Shown here: piece by piece, positions 36,827 to 50,487 of the stretch
Position numbering within the stretch: position 1 is the first letter of the stretch
Layout: every line of letters begins with the position of its first letter
From: Lingula anatina
Lineage: Eukaryota > Animalia > Brachiopoda
DNA: 64,000 nt
Direction: 5' to 3'
Assembly (NCBI GenBank): GCA_051362555.1
Contig: CM120642.1
Location: 28,954,001 to 29,018,000 of the forward strand
Program-made: the position numbers and the translations under genes
Notes under the pieces: model-generated
Told to the model about the DNA's origin: nothing
Databases searched by the model: none
Seen by the model: the letters and a program-made list of their open reading frames with translations, nothing else

Positions 36827-38656
36827 CTAATAGCGAGTGTTTCGTAAGCTATTGGGTCCATATGTTGGTAGCCCGTATCCGGTTCCATACCCGCCGTAAG
36901 GGTTACTAAACTGTTGAACGCCGTATGGGTTAGCATTTAGCGGTTGGGCCCCGTAAGGACTGCTGTACTGCTGTGAACCATATGGATTGCCATACTGCTG
37001 CTGGGCACCGTAAGGGTTACCGTACTGCTGTTGGGTCCCGTAAGGGCTACTGTACTGCTGTTGGGGTCCATATGGGTTGCCATACTGCTGCTGGGCTCCG
37101 TATGGGTTGCCATACTGCTGCTGGGCCCCGTAAGGATTGCCATACTGCTGCTGGGCTCCGTAAGGATTGCCATACTGTTGTGGGGCTCCGTAAGGATTTC
37201 CGTACTGCTGTTGGGCCCCGTATGGGTTACCGTACTGTTGTTGGGCTCCGTATGGGTTGCCGTACTGTTGTTGAGCTCCGTATGGGTTGCCGTATTGTTG
37301 TTGGGCCCCGTAAGGGTTGCCGTATTGCTGTTGACCCCCATAAGGGTTACCGTACTGTCCTTGGCTCCCGTAAGTTGGCTGTCGACCGGCTGAGGGCGAG
37401 GTAACTTGGGCAGGGGCGTTTGCTCCGTACTGGCCGCCAGCGCCACGAGGGATGTTACCAAAACTTCCTGGAACCAGAATTTTACATCAGTTACATCTCA
37501 TGTACATTGGCACGAATCGCACATAGTTATCAAATACGACGAAAACACTAATAAAAGCATTTCATTAACGAAATAAAACTAACATCAGTATAGTGATCTC
37601 ATTTCAAAAAGTGACACAAAAGCAGCGTACTTTCTCGTGTTCACAAAATATGGTCGCATTGTTTGTAAGTATGAAAATGTAAGGGACTGTATATCGTTTG
37701 TGATCTGTATTCTAGGTACATGTGGCCGTTCAAGCAAAGGCCAAATTATGCAAAACTGGTCCTTAAACCACGTAAAGTGAATTTTTACTTTGGCACCGGA
37801 CTGACCAAGTAGTAAAACCTATTAACAAACGGACGGGAACATAATCTACAGGTGCAAAAACACACACGCACACACACACACACACACGCACACACAATCA
37901 CACGCACAAGAACACAGACACCTATTTTACCTTGATATACACTGTTCACACCGCCCTGTGACGACAAATATCCCTGCGAGTCATAATCATGCTGATTACG
38001 GGGCAGGTATGGATAGTTAGCCTATAAAATAAAGAATTATAACAGAATAGCTCAAACATTTATAAGAAAATAAATGAGTCTATTTGTCTTCTGTGTATTT
38101 TTTTTATCTTCTTAATGAATGAGTGTAGACCATGGCTGCTATAATGGCCAGCGTTCTCCACTTTCTTTTAGACTAGAATCGTCTAAAACGTTCTATGATA
38201 AAGCGGCTACGTGCGAAAGCTGTTTTTTATTCTAATTTCCGTGATAAAAATTTAACAAAGTCCATTACAGGTTGCCGTAACCATGATATATTTTTCAAAT
38301 TTCTTATTATTGCCGACTAAAAAATTAATTTGATTTTTACGTTTAAACGATTGAATTGCCAAGCTGCTATTAAGCGACTAGTTGGGATGAAAATTAGTAG
38401 ACAAACTGATAATTTCAACAAATAAAGTTCAATGACATCACAAAGTAACCAATGTACAAAGTAAATGATATTGTAGAGACAAATAGCCGGGTAAACTGGG
38501 TCGCGGACCAACTAACTTCCCTCACAGTGTCTGCCTACGCATCATGTCTGCGTATAGACGACGACCTACCTCTCCAATGTACCCGTGTGTGGACTGCAGT
38601 AGTGCAAGGACAGCCACCACTACAGAGGTCACTCCCAGACAGCCGTGGTTCTTCAT
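36827..38656 (-). CDS. Cluster gene 8: secreted 272-aa protein with (QQQYGNPYGA)n repeats; exons 38656-38570, 38021-37931, 37467-36827
   Basis: Exon 1 MKNHGCLGVTSVVVAVLALLQSTHGYIGE|gtaggt; exon 2 ANYPYLPRNQ...SVYQG|gtaaaa; exon 3 GSFGNIPRG..., about 13 30-bp repeats, ...GPNSLRNTRY*. Phases 0 and 1 are consistent; the true frame of exon 3 is absent from the ORF track. Confidence 0.85.
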
Positions 38657-39756
38657 CTTGTTCCAGGAGCTGTTTCTTGCCCCAGCCTGTCCCGTTAAAT
38701 GTGACGATCCCGTGGCCAACAATGACGGATTTAATGTTGGGGGACGTGGAAAAGAACGCGCGCACCTTGGCCAGTAATCATATTCACGTTTTCGTTTAAA
38801 AAGTTCCTGGTTACTTAACTAGGAATTAGGACATGATCCCCCCCAGGACTGTCATTACCTCGATAGCAACTGCCCCAGTGGGGAATACATTAACATTTAA
38901 TTCGAGCTCCGCAGAAAGAAGGGTTAAGATAACGGGTTTATTAGCATAGATTTGTCACGCATCCATTAAAATATAGACTTTTAAAATTGTTGCCACTTGA
39001 GATACAGTAATTTCCATGTCTACTTACTACCATTTTTGTGCGTGCACAACTTTACCATTAGCTTTTCATTAATCCATGACGGCAAAAGTTAACGTAAGGA
39101 CAAAATGTACCGCATAATTAAGAAGATATTATCAGCAATCTCGTATGTAAATAGTTTTCTTTCCTATCAGTAATAGAAGGCTGGGTATGATATTCTAACG
39201 ACTTGAAAATGCATCTTTCTATCAAACGAAATGTTGTGTACGTGGCTGATGCGACACGTTGTTCAGTGTTTCATTGTACATGTAGTTCTAAGCACAATGA
39301 TGCAGTGGGCAGCAGCGTTTTTAAATACGCATTCAAATCACTGAAATACGTCTAGTTCAAATACAATTATAAATGCAACTCTTTTAATTTATGACTGAAC
39401 ACCCTGAGAACATTTCAAGTTAAAAGTTATTATTTTTTTCAATGAATTAAGCAGTCATTTTTTTTATTCAATCAACAACTAGAATTGAAATTATTAACTC
39501 GTACGGACAATATTTCGATATTAATTTAGAGCATCTCCATCATGAAAGTGCCCAGGTGAATAGCTTCCATCCAGGAGAAATACGCTAGTCTGATATCACG
39601 CCCACTTCTCACTGCTTTCGATTTAATATACCCCCCCCCCCCACTCTCTCTTGACTATTGTCAATATGCGCTGTTAAAAACGTTTGAAGAAAATATGCCA
39701 AGGTTTGGTCCTGACATTACTTGTAAGTTGTACAAGAAAGACAACACTTTAAAAGT

Positions 39757-39861
<105 letters not shown>

Positions 39862-41773
39862 TGAGAATGAATAACATAATTCCACAGAAGTCTTTGCCTG
39901 GACTGGGGAAAAACATTGCACATGTTTCAGATCCGATATTCCTACGAAAGTGGAAAGGGAAAACGCGACTTTTTGCTATACTGTGTTAATGAATGCTTTG
40001 AAGGCCACGTGAATTGTTACAACAGCTTGTTAAATCAAACCGTTGAGATGCCAGAGGTGATATCATGTCCCGGTCCTAAGCGAGCCCCCTGTACATGTTC
40101 TTTCGTTTGAAAGGTAAAGTCCATGAAATTAATGCCTTTGGAGTAGATAATCTAATTGTGAAATCATCCGACTGTGGGTCTTTTGCAATAGTGAACCTCA
40201 AAGACTTGTTTATAGGGCCAATATAGATTAGCTATATGTAAAAGTCAATGATCCGCTACTTTTACTACGTACGGTTTATACACATTGCTGGAATCTTAGG
40301 ATGTGTTCACAATGAAACTTTTACTACTTCCGTAGGTGGTTCGAACAAACTTCGCAGGGACTCTCGCTGAATGCAATCAGATTAAAAGATTAACGAGGAC
40401 ATTTTGTCCGGTTGGGTAGGGCGTGACCTTCGTGAGGTAATACAACCATTGGAGTTACTTAGATAAAACGATTTTTGGTCGCGTACCTTAGTGTAGCGTG
40501 GTAGAATTGACAAGCGTATATAATTATCACCGTTACATTTGTGATAAGTGGATGTTATTTTTATTACCAAGACCAGCAACTTCGCTGTATAGGATAGTCA
40601 GTATAAAATGTGTACGATTTCGAAACTTTTAAAGGTCATTACGGAACTTTGGAAAAATTGCGTTTTAGTACAGATAATGCATCTTTTGGATTAAATTAAC
40701 CACGATAAGTTTTACGACAGCGACTTAACATTGGTACTGATCATATTGATGTTAATGCTGTTTTTTTATTTCAGGATTTTTTTGAGCGTGGCAAAAGCAC
40801 TGAAGCATATTACAGCGCAAACTTCGCGAGCATTTGTTTGAAACTACGATGGAGATCAAAAGTAGAAAAAGCGAATTATGATCGGACAAAGGTGAAATAG
40901 GGCTTTGAAAATAAAAGAACACGTGTGCAGAAAATTGAGTGACGTTAAAAAAAACAGAGAAGAGCTTGTTTTATCTTTCAGATGACTAAATCTATTCTTG
41001 TTGGTTTCTAAATCATTTCAAGAATTCGACTCAAAAGCAATCACTCCCCAGTTTTATGGTAAATTCCTTTATTCTGATCACTGTTTTGCCCATCGAGCAT
41101 TAAATAAGCGATAGATACCAGTATAGGAGGATTTCCATTACCTGTATCTCTTGCTGGAAAACTCACAAATCCATCTACTTTTTATTTCCCTCTTAATTCA
41201 AATTCGAAAAATAAAGCTATTGATATGTCAAGAGGTACGCTCTTCATGTCGTTACATTGGCGGCTCTTTCAGTCGCTTTACGAAGCTCCCCAGATGTGGA
41301 TATTGTCTTGCTTCAGAGATCTTCTACTTGGCGCTTGCCGCTGAAATTAGATGCAAATCGGTTTTAATGATCAAGGTAACATATCTGTGGGACATCATGA
41401 TCTTATTGGCTTAACATGTATGAGCATGTAAAAAATAACCAGCTGAGAGCACTGCTACAGTTCTCTATGCATCGATCTTGTGTTTTCTGGCGTAATTTCA
41501 TACGTCTCATTTTATCACATGAAATCTAACACCGAGCATACAGTCCACTTTCTTTGACTCCCACATCCCACATATGAAACTTATAATGGAAACATACTTT
41601 ATGTGATAAAAATATTATTTACCCCTAAAAAATTTAAGGCTGTGTCCCCCCCTCCCTCTTCTGAATTACTCTGCAAGCTAAGCATTACCGTAGAGAATTT
41701 CCAATATATCGCACACCAGTGATTCCACCGACCACTTAAGCGTTAAAATGATAAAACCACGTTTATGCCTACC

Positions 41774-42877
41774 TTAGTCATACCCATGGTAGAAATTTCT
41801 CGGCTTCTTGCTCCTGAAGACTCCTGTAAAGCCAGACTTGTAACGGGGCCTAGTGGGAGCACTGCGGGCCATGTAATAGTAGCCTTTAATCGGGGTACTA
41901 GGGAGACTGTAGTACCCAGTCGAAGTAGGACCAAAGGATGCACCGAAAGTAGGAACGAAAGATGAATCTGGAGCAAAAGAGGATCCTCCGGCCGCGATTG
42001 TGCCACCGGCGCTGCCACCGAATAAGGCCTGGGTACCCGCTACGCCGCTTTGAGCTGGACCAGCAGGCATACTTAACCCCGCTGTGGTGACACCATTGTT
42101 GTTCGAAGCGGCCGATCCGGTCAAAATAGAGAGGAGAGAGTTTGGAGATGCTGTGATTCCAGGTGCAGTTGCGGCAGGGGGGAGGCTACCAGGCACACCG
42201 GTCATTAAAGGAAAGCCAGACGCAGCAGTTCCCCCGAAATTCATCACGTTTGCTGGACCAGGAATTGGTGCAACGGGTGCCGTAGTAGCGGTAATTGGGC
42301 TAGAGCTGACTGGTCCCCCTAAACTCTGGAGGATCGCGGCTGCTTGGGCAGCTGTTAACGGTTGAATTCCACCAGCAGGTATACTAGAGATTGAACCAGT
42401 ACCGGGCATAGTTGCTGCCCCTAAATTCAGAGGCACCGTGTTCATTTGACCAGACGCTGGTAGAGGTCCACCGGGGACACTAGAACTTGTTGCAGTCCCG
42501 GATGAAGCTGTTCCCACCAAAATCTGAAGAAGCGTGCTTATTTGAGCAGGAGTTAGCGCTTGAATTCCACTAGTAGGTATTGGACTTGGCCCAGGTAAAG
42601 TTGGAGTCCCGGGTGAAGCTGTTCCCCCCAAAATCTGAAGAAGCGTGCTTATTTGACTAGGAGATAACTGAATTCCACCAGTAGGTATAGTAGTGGCTGC
42701 ACCCGGAACAGTTCCTCCCCCTAAATTCTGAAGCAACGCGTTAATTTGAGTTGGAGTTAACTCTCCACCATTCGGATTCGGCGGTAAAATGACTTGGGCA
42801 TCTGTTGGCCACATGGGTGCATTTGTTAACAACAGAAGCATGCAGACGATGGGTCCCCGAGAAATGGAAATTGCCAT
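41774..42877 (-). CDS. Cluster gene 9: secreted 367-aa Gly/Pro/Thr/Ala/Ser-rich protein with LTPxQIxxLLQxLGG repeats and basic KKPRNFYHGYD* tail
   Basis: Signal-like N-terminus (PIVCMLLLLTNAPMWPTDA); TATAAAG at 42970-42964; donor TAA-G|gtaggc at 41772. Confidence 0.88.
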   Translation of the reverse strand: MAISISRGPIVCMLLLLTNAPMWPTDAQVILPPNPNGGELTPTQINALLQNLGGGTVPGAATTIPTGGIQLSPSQISTLLQILGGTASPGTPTLPGPSPIPTSGIQALTPAQISTLLQILVGTASSGTATSSSVPGGPLPASGQMNTVPLNLGAATMPGTGSISSIPAGGIQPLTAAQAAAILQSLGGPVSSSPITATTAPVAPIPGPANVMNFGGTAASGFPLMTGVPGSLPPAATAPGITASPNSLLSILTGSAASNNNGVTTAGLSMPAGPAQSGVAGTQALFGGSAGGTIAAGGSSFAPDSSFVPTFGASFGPTSTGYYSLPSTPIKGYYYMARSAPTRPRYKSGFTGVFRSKKPRNFYHGYD

Positions 42878-43517
42878 TTTTCCGATTAACTCCGATTTGT
42901 TGTCGTCGCTTCTCTCTCGACTCTTGCCAGGACTAAGGTGTCAGATTCTCAGCACCTTGTTCTCTTTATATCCGCCACCAAGATCTGCCACCCTTCAAGA
43001 AGGAAATAAATCTAATGGCCCCGCCCAAAATCACTCAATCGTTTTAGTGATATTATGTATCTTGTCTCTATATCAGGAGAGAATCGTTAAAAAAGCGTAG
43101 TTACGGATAAGTGAAGTTAACAATTACCTCTTATCAAAGGTACAACGATGTCGTGTTTCTGTATCTCGAGTTTTTACTGTAACATTAAGTCACAGGTTTC
43201 CTTGAGGTCAAACTTTATCACTTTCAGAAGTCATCCATTGGCACGCCTCGTGGTTGTAAACACACTATTGGTTAAATCAGCGTCTTTTACAGCGCAAGCT
43301 GTCTTAACGGCTGCAACGGGTACGATTATCCCAGCAACGAGAATACAAAGCCCAGAGCACATTTTACAGCCAGATGAAAGTGCTACAGACATGAACAATT
43401 CAGTCAGTTATGTCTGCTATTGGTTGAAATATCAGAAGAAAGATATATTTGAAGATGTGATTCCTTGAACATACACGGCATGGGAGGTGATGACGATGAT
43501 GATGTTGATGATGATGA

Positions 43518-43554
<37 letters not shown>

Positions 43555-45138
43555 CATACTTGAAAATAAGAAAATAGACGAATCTATGACAGAAGTATAC
43601 CTAATCTGATGGTATATATTTTTCAAATATTTTCCTTATAAATTTCTGGAATTTTAAACCCCAATTGGAATTGTTTCAACAAGTTATGCATCTCAGTTCA
43701 AAATTCAGAAAATTAGATTTAGATGCTACCCATGTATTTAATAGTTACTGCCTTAATAAACACAATCGTATGTCCTTTAGGTCTCAACTTTGAACTAAAC
43801 AATACATATTGGACAAGTAGTGTAGATTATTATTATTACCTTATATTGTAGTGTAGAATATTGTTCATCAGTAATTTTGGACGTATGTTTCTTAATTTCA
43901 TAGATACCGCGACCATTACTAAGTTGCCCTCGCCGTCTTCTATAATGAACATCTTTGACACCGATATTAGGCAGCCTTACATAGACAATTTTCTCTAAAA
44001 AAAACTTCAAATTTAAGAGCATGTGCATTTTTCGTTCAATGATACCCGAGGTAATTTCCATTTCAATCGACAAAGATAAGCTACATGTATATGAACACAG
44101 TTTTTCAAAAAATTCTGTTAAAGAAATTTTTTAATATCTTACAATTAGCTAATTCCGTGCACTGCATGATTTGTAGATTTCTACATAATTTGTAGATTCA
44201 AAAATTAAATATCCATTCTGAAAATTTCTTTCAAACTGTAGGACTTCAGAAATTCAAAATCATTAGTATTTCCAATTTAGATTCGAGTATTACTTGTCAT
44301 CTTACTTACTAATTTTCTTTTTTCCAATACGATTCATGCCATATAAGTTCCTAAATGACGGATAAATTTGGTTTTGTGTAAAACATTATCACTAGATTCC
44401 TGCAAGTGTAAAACAAGCTTGTGGTGAAACTTACATATAAACTAAAAACAAAAAGATGTTTTAACGTCAACAGCAGTTTATTGCATAGCCTTCTTTTAAT
44501 CAGAACACTACTTTACGGTGCCCTACGAAACCAATGCTAATTTTTTTGTAAAATTGTTAAGAGATACATTACCTAATTTATAATATGTAACTGTCGAAGA
44601 GGCAGAATACGTGATTCTAAAGATAAATAAATAGAGTCAACGACTTTTTTGAGAGTATTTCTTTTTTAATGACCAAAATGAAAAATACATTTTACACCAC
44701 AGTGAATGAGTTTTTGTTAAGTCATAATTCCAGATAGCGGTTATTTGAACAACTTGAACGACTTGCAAAATTTACGTAGCGGATGATAATTCCACTACCG
44801 AACCTACATTAAGAAACCTTTGGCATTAATGTAAATAAAACAAGTCATCTCAAACAAAAATTGGAAGATTTAAAACAGTAAGTCGCGTATATCTTTAACT
44901 GAAAACACGATGAAATACCGGCAACAGTGCTGAAGCACCGGTGCTGTGTATACAGGCAACAATTCACTGAGCACAATGTTTTCATCAATGTAGAACAAGG
45001 ACGCATAAAACAAATTAGATACTAAATGTGTAACTATAACATCATGTGACGTCAAAACCAACAAAAAAATCCATATTAGTAATATGTCTCTTTTCAGTGT
45101 CTTATTTCAGCTTCACAGTGATCAAACTGAACTTGTCC

Positions 45139-46149
45139 TTAGCCGCCGTTTTGTCCGGATGGGGGCGCTCCCAGGGTCGACAACAAATTCTGCATGCTGC
45201 TGGAAACCATTAGAGGAATACTGGACCCTAGATTCGTTCCCCCGGGCTGATTAAGACTCGGGTTGGTGAAGAATGATGACGCCGGTATGGCGCCATTCGC
45301 GGGTTGCACGTTAGCATTGCCAGCAGCGTTCCCCGGAACACCTAGGACATACACAGGGACTATTGCCTGTTGTCCAGGACCTGCAGCACCGTTGGAGGCC
45401 GAACCCAGGGAGCTCAGAACGGACAGTGGTGAAGTCGGGCTTGCTGGTGAACCCGCCGCAAGGCTAGGGTTGGTGTTGCCATAGCCTAGCAGCGACCCTT
45501 GGGGAACAGCGCTTCCTGCTCCAGTGCCAGAAGCCGCGTTCTCAATGAGGATCCCGGAACCATAGGGTTGGACTTGGTACGGCCCGCCATTTCTGAAGGG
45601 TGTGGCTGAGGGCGTTGTCCCAACGCCGTATGGACTTGGCGTATATCTGTTTCCAATACCGTATGGACTGGCCGGATATGCACCACCGTTGCTGTAATAC
45701 CTAGTTCCAGCGCTGTATGGATTTCCTTGGTATGTACCGTAGAGGCTACTGGCATAAGGGCTGGCTGGGTATGCTCCAGTGTTGCTGTAGCTACCGCCAG
45801 GGCTGCCTTGATAGCCTGAACCAGCAGCGTAGGGGCTTGGCGGGTACGTGCCGTGCCTACTGTACGGCATGTTGGCATAGGGCATACCGGACCCGGGGGA
45901 GGGCTCTGGTCCACCGTACTGTGCGCTGGTCATTTGACCGGGTCTGAGGTTCCTTGGGTACCGCAGGTAGTTGACAGAAGGCCCGGCCACCATCCCTGGG
46001 GCCCCTGGTGACCCAGCGGCATACGGACTAGGTGGGTACTGCGAGTAGAAGTAACGACCCTGGGGAGGCTCGGGTTCCCGGGGATCTAGGTGATTTCCAT
46101 GTGCTTCGCTGAGAGCCAATGTTACAATGAGAAAGGTGATTGAGATCAT
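45139..46149 (-). CDS. Cluster gene 10: secreted 336-aa Gly/Pro/Tyr/Ser-rich protein with YP(P/A)SPY repeats
   Basis: Signal peptide MISITFLIVTLALSEAHG (an in-frame ATG at 46197 is an alternative start); TATATATA at 46276-46269; single ORF. Confidence 0.87.
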   Translation of the reverse strand: MISITFLIVTLALSEAHGNHLDPREPEPPQGRYFYSQYPPSPYAAGSPGAPGMVAGPSVNYLRYPRNLRPGQMTSAQYGGPEPSPGSGMPYANMPYSRHGTYPPSPYAAGSGYQGSPGGSYSNTGAYPASPYASSLYGTYQGNPYSAGTRYYSNGGAYPASPYGIGNRYTPSPYGVGTTPSATPFRNGGPYQVQPYGSGILIENAASGTGAGSAVPQGSLLGYGNTNPSLAAGSPASPTSPLSVLSSLGSASNGAAGPGQQAIVPVYVLGVPGNAAGNANVQPANGAIPASSFFTNPSLNQPGGTNLGSSIPLMVSSSMQNLLSTLGAPPSGQNGG

Positions 46150-48290
46150 AATGTTCCTTGAAAATTTCTGTCGATCAGGATTGTCGAGAGCACACATAAA
46201 GTGAATTTTGGGGTTTCTCTGCCTTTGAGTGTTGAACGTTTGTAAACCTTGATCCCGTCGCACGGGTCTATATATAAAGCTGTGCCTACGTAAAAAGTTG
46301 CAATCATTTCCTTAATATAGTAAAAACCTGCACGCCCATCATTGCTTATCTCTGCTTTCTCACCAAAATGTGACCACATATTACCACGGTTGGAGTTAAT
46401 TACTTCGTTTGGCAGAGATGTGTGATTTCAATTACTCCAAGAGGGCATCAAATGTCATCGGCAATCTTACGCACTGTTGCCGTCCAAGGCAGCAGGTACC
46501 TGTAGACAGGGAACTGGGTTTCACAGTTTACAGCAGAGAAGCTAGACAAGGCTATGACAAGGAGGGGCGTCAAATATAATTGTTTATAAATTTGTCACTT
46601 TTTATGTCTGTGTGCGTGTGCGTGTATGTGCGCACGTGCGTCTGAAGCAGAATATAACTTTTTATACAGTCTCTTAAAGCGTACGCATTCATATAGATAT
46701 CAAATGCCAGAGTATATGATTATACATTGAATACGCGTGCGTGCTCACTCCAGGCTGATACTCTCCACCACTGACCAGCTAGGTGGTGACGTCATTTCTG
46801 ACATTCTGTGCAAAAATTCTGTCACAGTACACAAATGTACACAGATTTAGCCAGAAATTGTATGTGGGTATCTTGTGAGAGTCTTGTGGTCGGGTGGTTT
46901 AAAATGCTCCAAACTTCAAAGTCTTATCTCTCAAAATTTTCACTCATTACTTTCTACATACATTGTGTAGCTCCACAGTTTTGTTTTAAAGAATATGATC
47001 GCGATTGAACAATAATGTCCACGTGACATTCAATAAAAAAGAGGCGGACCATAACGTAATGCCGGGTGTGCGCGCTTCGTCCAGACTACAACAGCTTCCT
47101 TTCTAGTTATCGTAACTTTAAAGTTTGTAATGAACAACACCAAATTTTACTGGATGTCAGTGGAAAGAGGAATGTGCAATAAACTGGTGGTGGCGTCATC
47201 TTTTTTTCTTAGTTTTCATGTTAGTTTCACCTCAAACCTGTTGCACATTGATTGGAATCTCAAAAATTACTCTTCACATAAACCTAACAAACAATATGGC
47301 CTCCATTTAGATACCTTTATGGCATGAAGAATGTGCATTTTGTCCGAAAAAAAAGAGAATTAAGAAGATGGAACGTAAGCCTAATCCTCGAATCTTAGTT
47401 GGGAACACTAATGAAATTTGAATATCTGAAGTCCTACACTTTGAAATAAGCTTTCAGATGAGGCGTGGCTTTAAGGTCCTCCATCAAAGGGCTTTGATCA
47501 TGTAAGTGCCTCCAAGATGTGAGCCCCGGATATTGAATTTTTTTTTTCACAGTATTACTTGTATGCTGGGTTGTTAATCATACACTGAAAGATACCTGGT
47601 TTGGGGGACCACGGCCAAATTATATTGTAGAACAAAAGATAGAAAGTTAAAAAAGCTATGCCCAGTGTATTATCTGTATGCAGTATTTAATTTACTAGCA
47701 ATTACTGGTACCCGTACCTACCACGGTAAAAACTGTTACTTCCATATTTGTATAAATCTAATACACTTACTCTGAAACTAAGACGATGCGTATAAAGATA
47801 AAGGTGACATTTATTTAACATATAACAAGCATATGCCAGTACATGTACATGATTCTTTTATGTTGTATATACATAGAATACATGTTCTTTCTTTTTCTAC
47901 TGCAGTAAATGGTTGGACAGTCAAAATGATCTCCTGAATGTCTATCTGAGCTACGCCACTCTATAAAGGGCACTCGGATTTACGTGAATGTTCACATTTG
48001 CTGGTGACTGAATTGTCTTTGAATAGCCGCAGTGATTGATGGATTTCACCAAAAAGCCGCGAGTTGTGGGCTTAGAAGACATGGAGGTTTTACTGTATGT
48101 GTTGTTTAAAACCCTCATCCCCGTGGTCAGTTTCTCCCCTTGGTGTCTTATACACAGAAAATGCCGACAGCGTCACATCAAGTATGTTCTCCTAGTGTTC
48201 ATCCCCGGCTGTCCCTGACACAGCTTTGTACGACTGGCAAATTTGAGGTACGTGGTTTTCCCAAAGAATTAACAATAAATATATGGATGT

Positions 48291-48728
48291 TTATTGGAGA
48301 TTGCTGTATGCATCCTGGAACCACACTTTTCCACTCTTCTTCTTTCCCTTTAAGGAGCCCCTCGGCAGGAGGCCATTCACTGGTCCATTATTGTGTTTTT
48401 GGTCGTGATAGGAGAAATAGATATCAGGTGTCAGTTCTTTATGCTTAATGGCGTGCCTCCCACCCGATTTTTTCTGGGAAACGTTATAAGCAACGAGACT
48501 CTTGTAACCTCGACCGACGCTTGTGTTGGAATTAGAGGTAGACTTCCCTCCTCGCCGGCCGTAAACGATGTCCCTCGTGCGTTGAAACAGATTGAAATTG
48601 TACTGTGGTCCTGATAGAAATATACTGTAAGGATCCCGTAAGATGTTGGAAAACGGCGCACTTACGGTCCTCTCAGTCCAAACAAACAGAAGTCCCAGAA
48701 AAAGAACATATTTTGGGAGAAGAACCAT
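48291..48728 (-). CDS. Cluster gene 11: secreted 145-aa basic (Lys/Arg/Gly/Ser) protein
   Basis: Signal peptide MVLLPKYVLFLGLLFVWTERTVSA; GC-richer coding island; same strand as neighbours; no obvious repeats. Confidence 0.7.
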   Translation of the reverse strand: MVLLPKYVLFLGLLFVWTERTVSAPFSNILRDPYSIFLSGPQYNFNLFQRTRDIVYGRRGGKSTSNSNTSVGRGYKSLVAYNVSQKKSGGRHAIKHKELTPDIYFSYHDQKHNNGPVNGLLPRGSLKGKKKSGKVWFQDAYSNLQ

Positions 48729-50487
48729 CGTCCAACACAGCTCTGCTTTCTTGCAGCACTACACGTGTTTACTGTGACCTTCCCCGTCTCAAACGCGCCT
48801 GTTTGTTTCCATGACAAAGGACAATTGTGAAACCAATGAGGAAATAAACCGGCCAAACAACACTTTACACGAGCGAACACTTCCTTGCGATCCGAGCCCC
48901 CTGATAACAACGTATACACATATATGACCACGCATGCTAAATACAGTTCGCGTGACAAAAAGGGCAAGATTAAATCCTGACTAAGTGCCGGTCAAATTAT
49001 AAGGCAGTTATAATGTATAAGGCAATACGCCTTCATCGTGCTTAGAAGGAAATAACTGTATATGGGCCCATAGAGCGTGACACTTTTTACACCTTACTCC
49101 GGTCAATATTCTTATTACAACTACCAGAGATATTCATGTAGCCACAATAAGTATGTGTAACGCATGAGAATCGTGCCTGATATCCCGGCAGTTTCATGAC
49201 AGTATGGGGAAATCACGACAGGTCTTAAATCATGAATGGATTCATAAATGGCAAAAATAACATCTTATTAACGTTATCTTTTTAATTAGACCGTTGGTCC
49301 ATCTTTAAAGATACTGTTAATGGGTTACTGTTGTTGGAATTATATTCATTACCCCTCTAGCAAGTGTGCATTTGTTAAACAGGATGGCAGTTAACAATAT
49401 TTATTTGAAAACCTAAATAAGTTGTGTTGATATAGACTAATAAATAACATAAGCAAATAAAGTGAAAATTACAGAGGAAATTTATAAATGGGAAGATAGT
49501 TTGACAAACAAGTGTACTTATAACACAAATTAGAATTATATTTAAGATAAGTTAGCATTCGTACATGTAAACAGGGTGAAATATACACGAAGACATGGGG
49601 GTACTGGTACATGTACTAGGGGGATGAACCCCCACGAACAAGGTATGTTGAGTAGATTGATAATTCTAGTATTTTGTCTCATTTAAACACAGTGCACTTA
49701 AAATGATATGTGCACCGAGTAACTACGCACATTGGCTTTCTACGTCCCAAATGCGCCCATAAAATATAGCAAACGTCCAGGACTTACTTCTATTCCGAAT
49801 TGGTGAGCCTTTCAAAGTTCACTAACATCGGGGCATAAGTAACTTAGCTCACATATATATACGGTGTGAAATATAAATGGCCCTGCAGGTGAACGCCACT
49901 TATTAAATACACAAGGAAATAAAAGGGAATACGTTAAAACAAATTCGGCGGTAAATTAAATTCTGTTGGCTGTATTAAAAGATGCATATTAGGCTAGTGT
50001 TTATATCGAGTTATTGTCGCTAAAAGCCACCATTAATTTTCAAATAGTTTTGCTTAAAACAGCAGTTTCTTTACATTATTGCCTGGAATACTGTATATGA
50101 TTTTTGCTGTATATGATTTTTGCATTTTGTCTTACTTTCTGTGCTTTACGGACTGGAAGGGAAATCAGTAGGTCAGATTTGAAAAGGGGCTAATTTAATT
50201 TCTTTCTTTTTTTTATTGCCCGAGAGATAAATTTCGAGGTTCTTTTGGCAGGGTTTATTTTTGTGTAACAAAAAAGCAACTCGATGAGTACATTATAATA
50301 ATAAGTAGATAAATGAATCAATAGATTAATTAAGAAAAAACATGTACAGTGTATTAGGAGACCTATTAATCAGAGGTGCGTTTTAGGGTGACTTTAAAAG
50401 AACGCTGCCAAAATAAATAATTGTAGAGTAGCGATAAAGTCAATTCGATATATCAAATGTCGAATAAGTTTGATTCTGACACATGCA

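Noticed and set aside
36937-37461. 174-aa Ser/Thr-rich ORF and two plus-strand ORFs
   Set aside because: Alternative frames of the 30-bp QQQYGNPYGA repeat; splice phases support the Tyr/Gly frame.
43231-43392. 53-aa minus-strand ORF with a hydrophobic stretch (MCSGLCILVAGIIVPVAA)
   Set aside because: No TATA box, no Tyr/Gly bias and no family tail; it lies in the gene 9 upstream region and could be chance.
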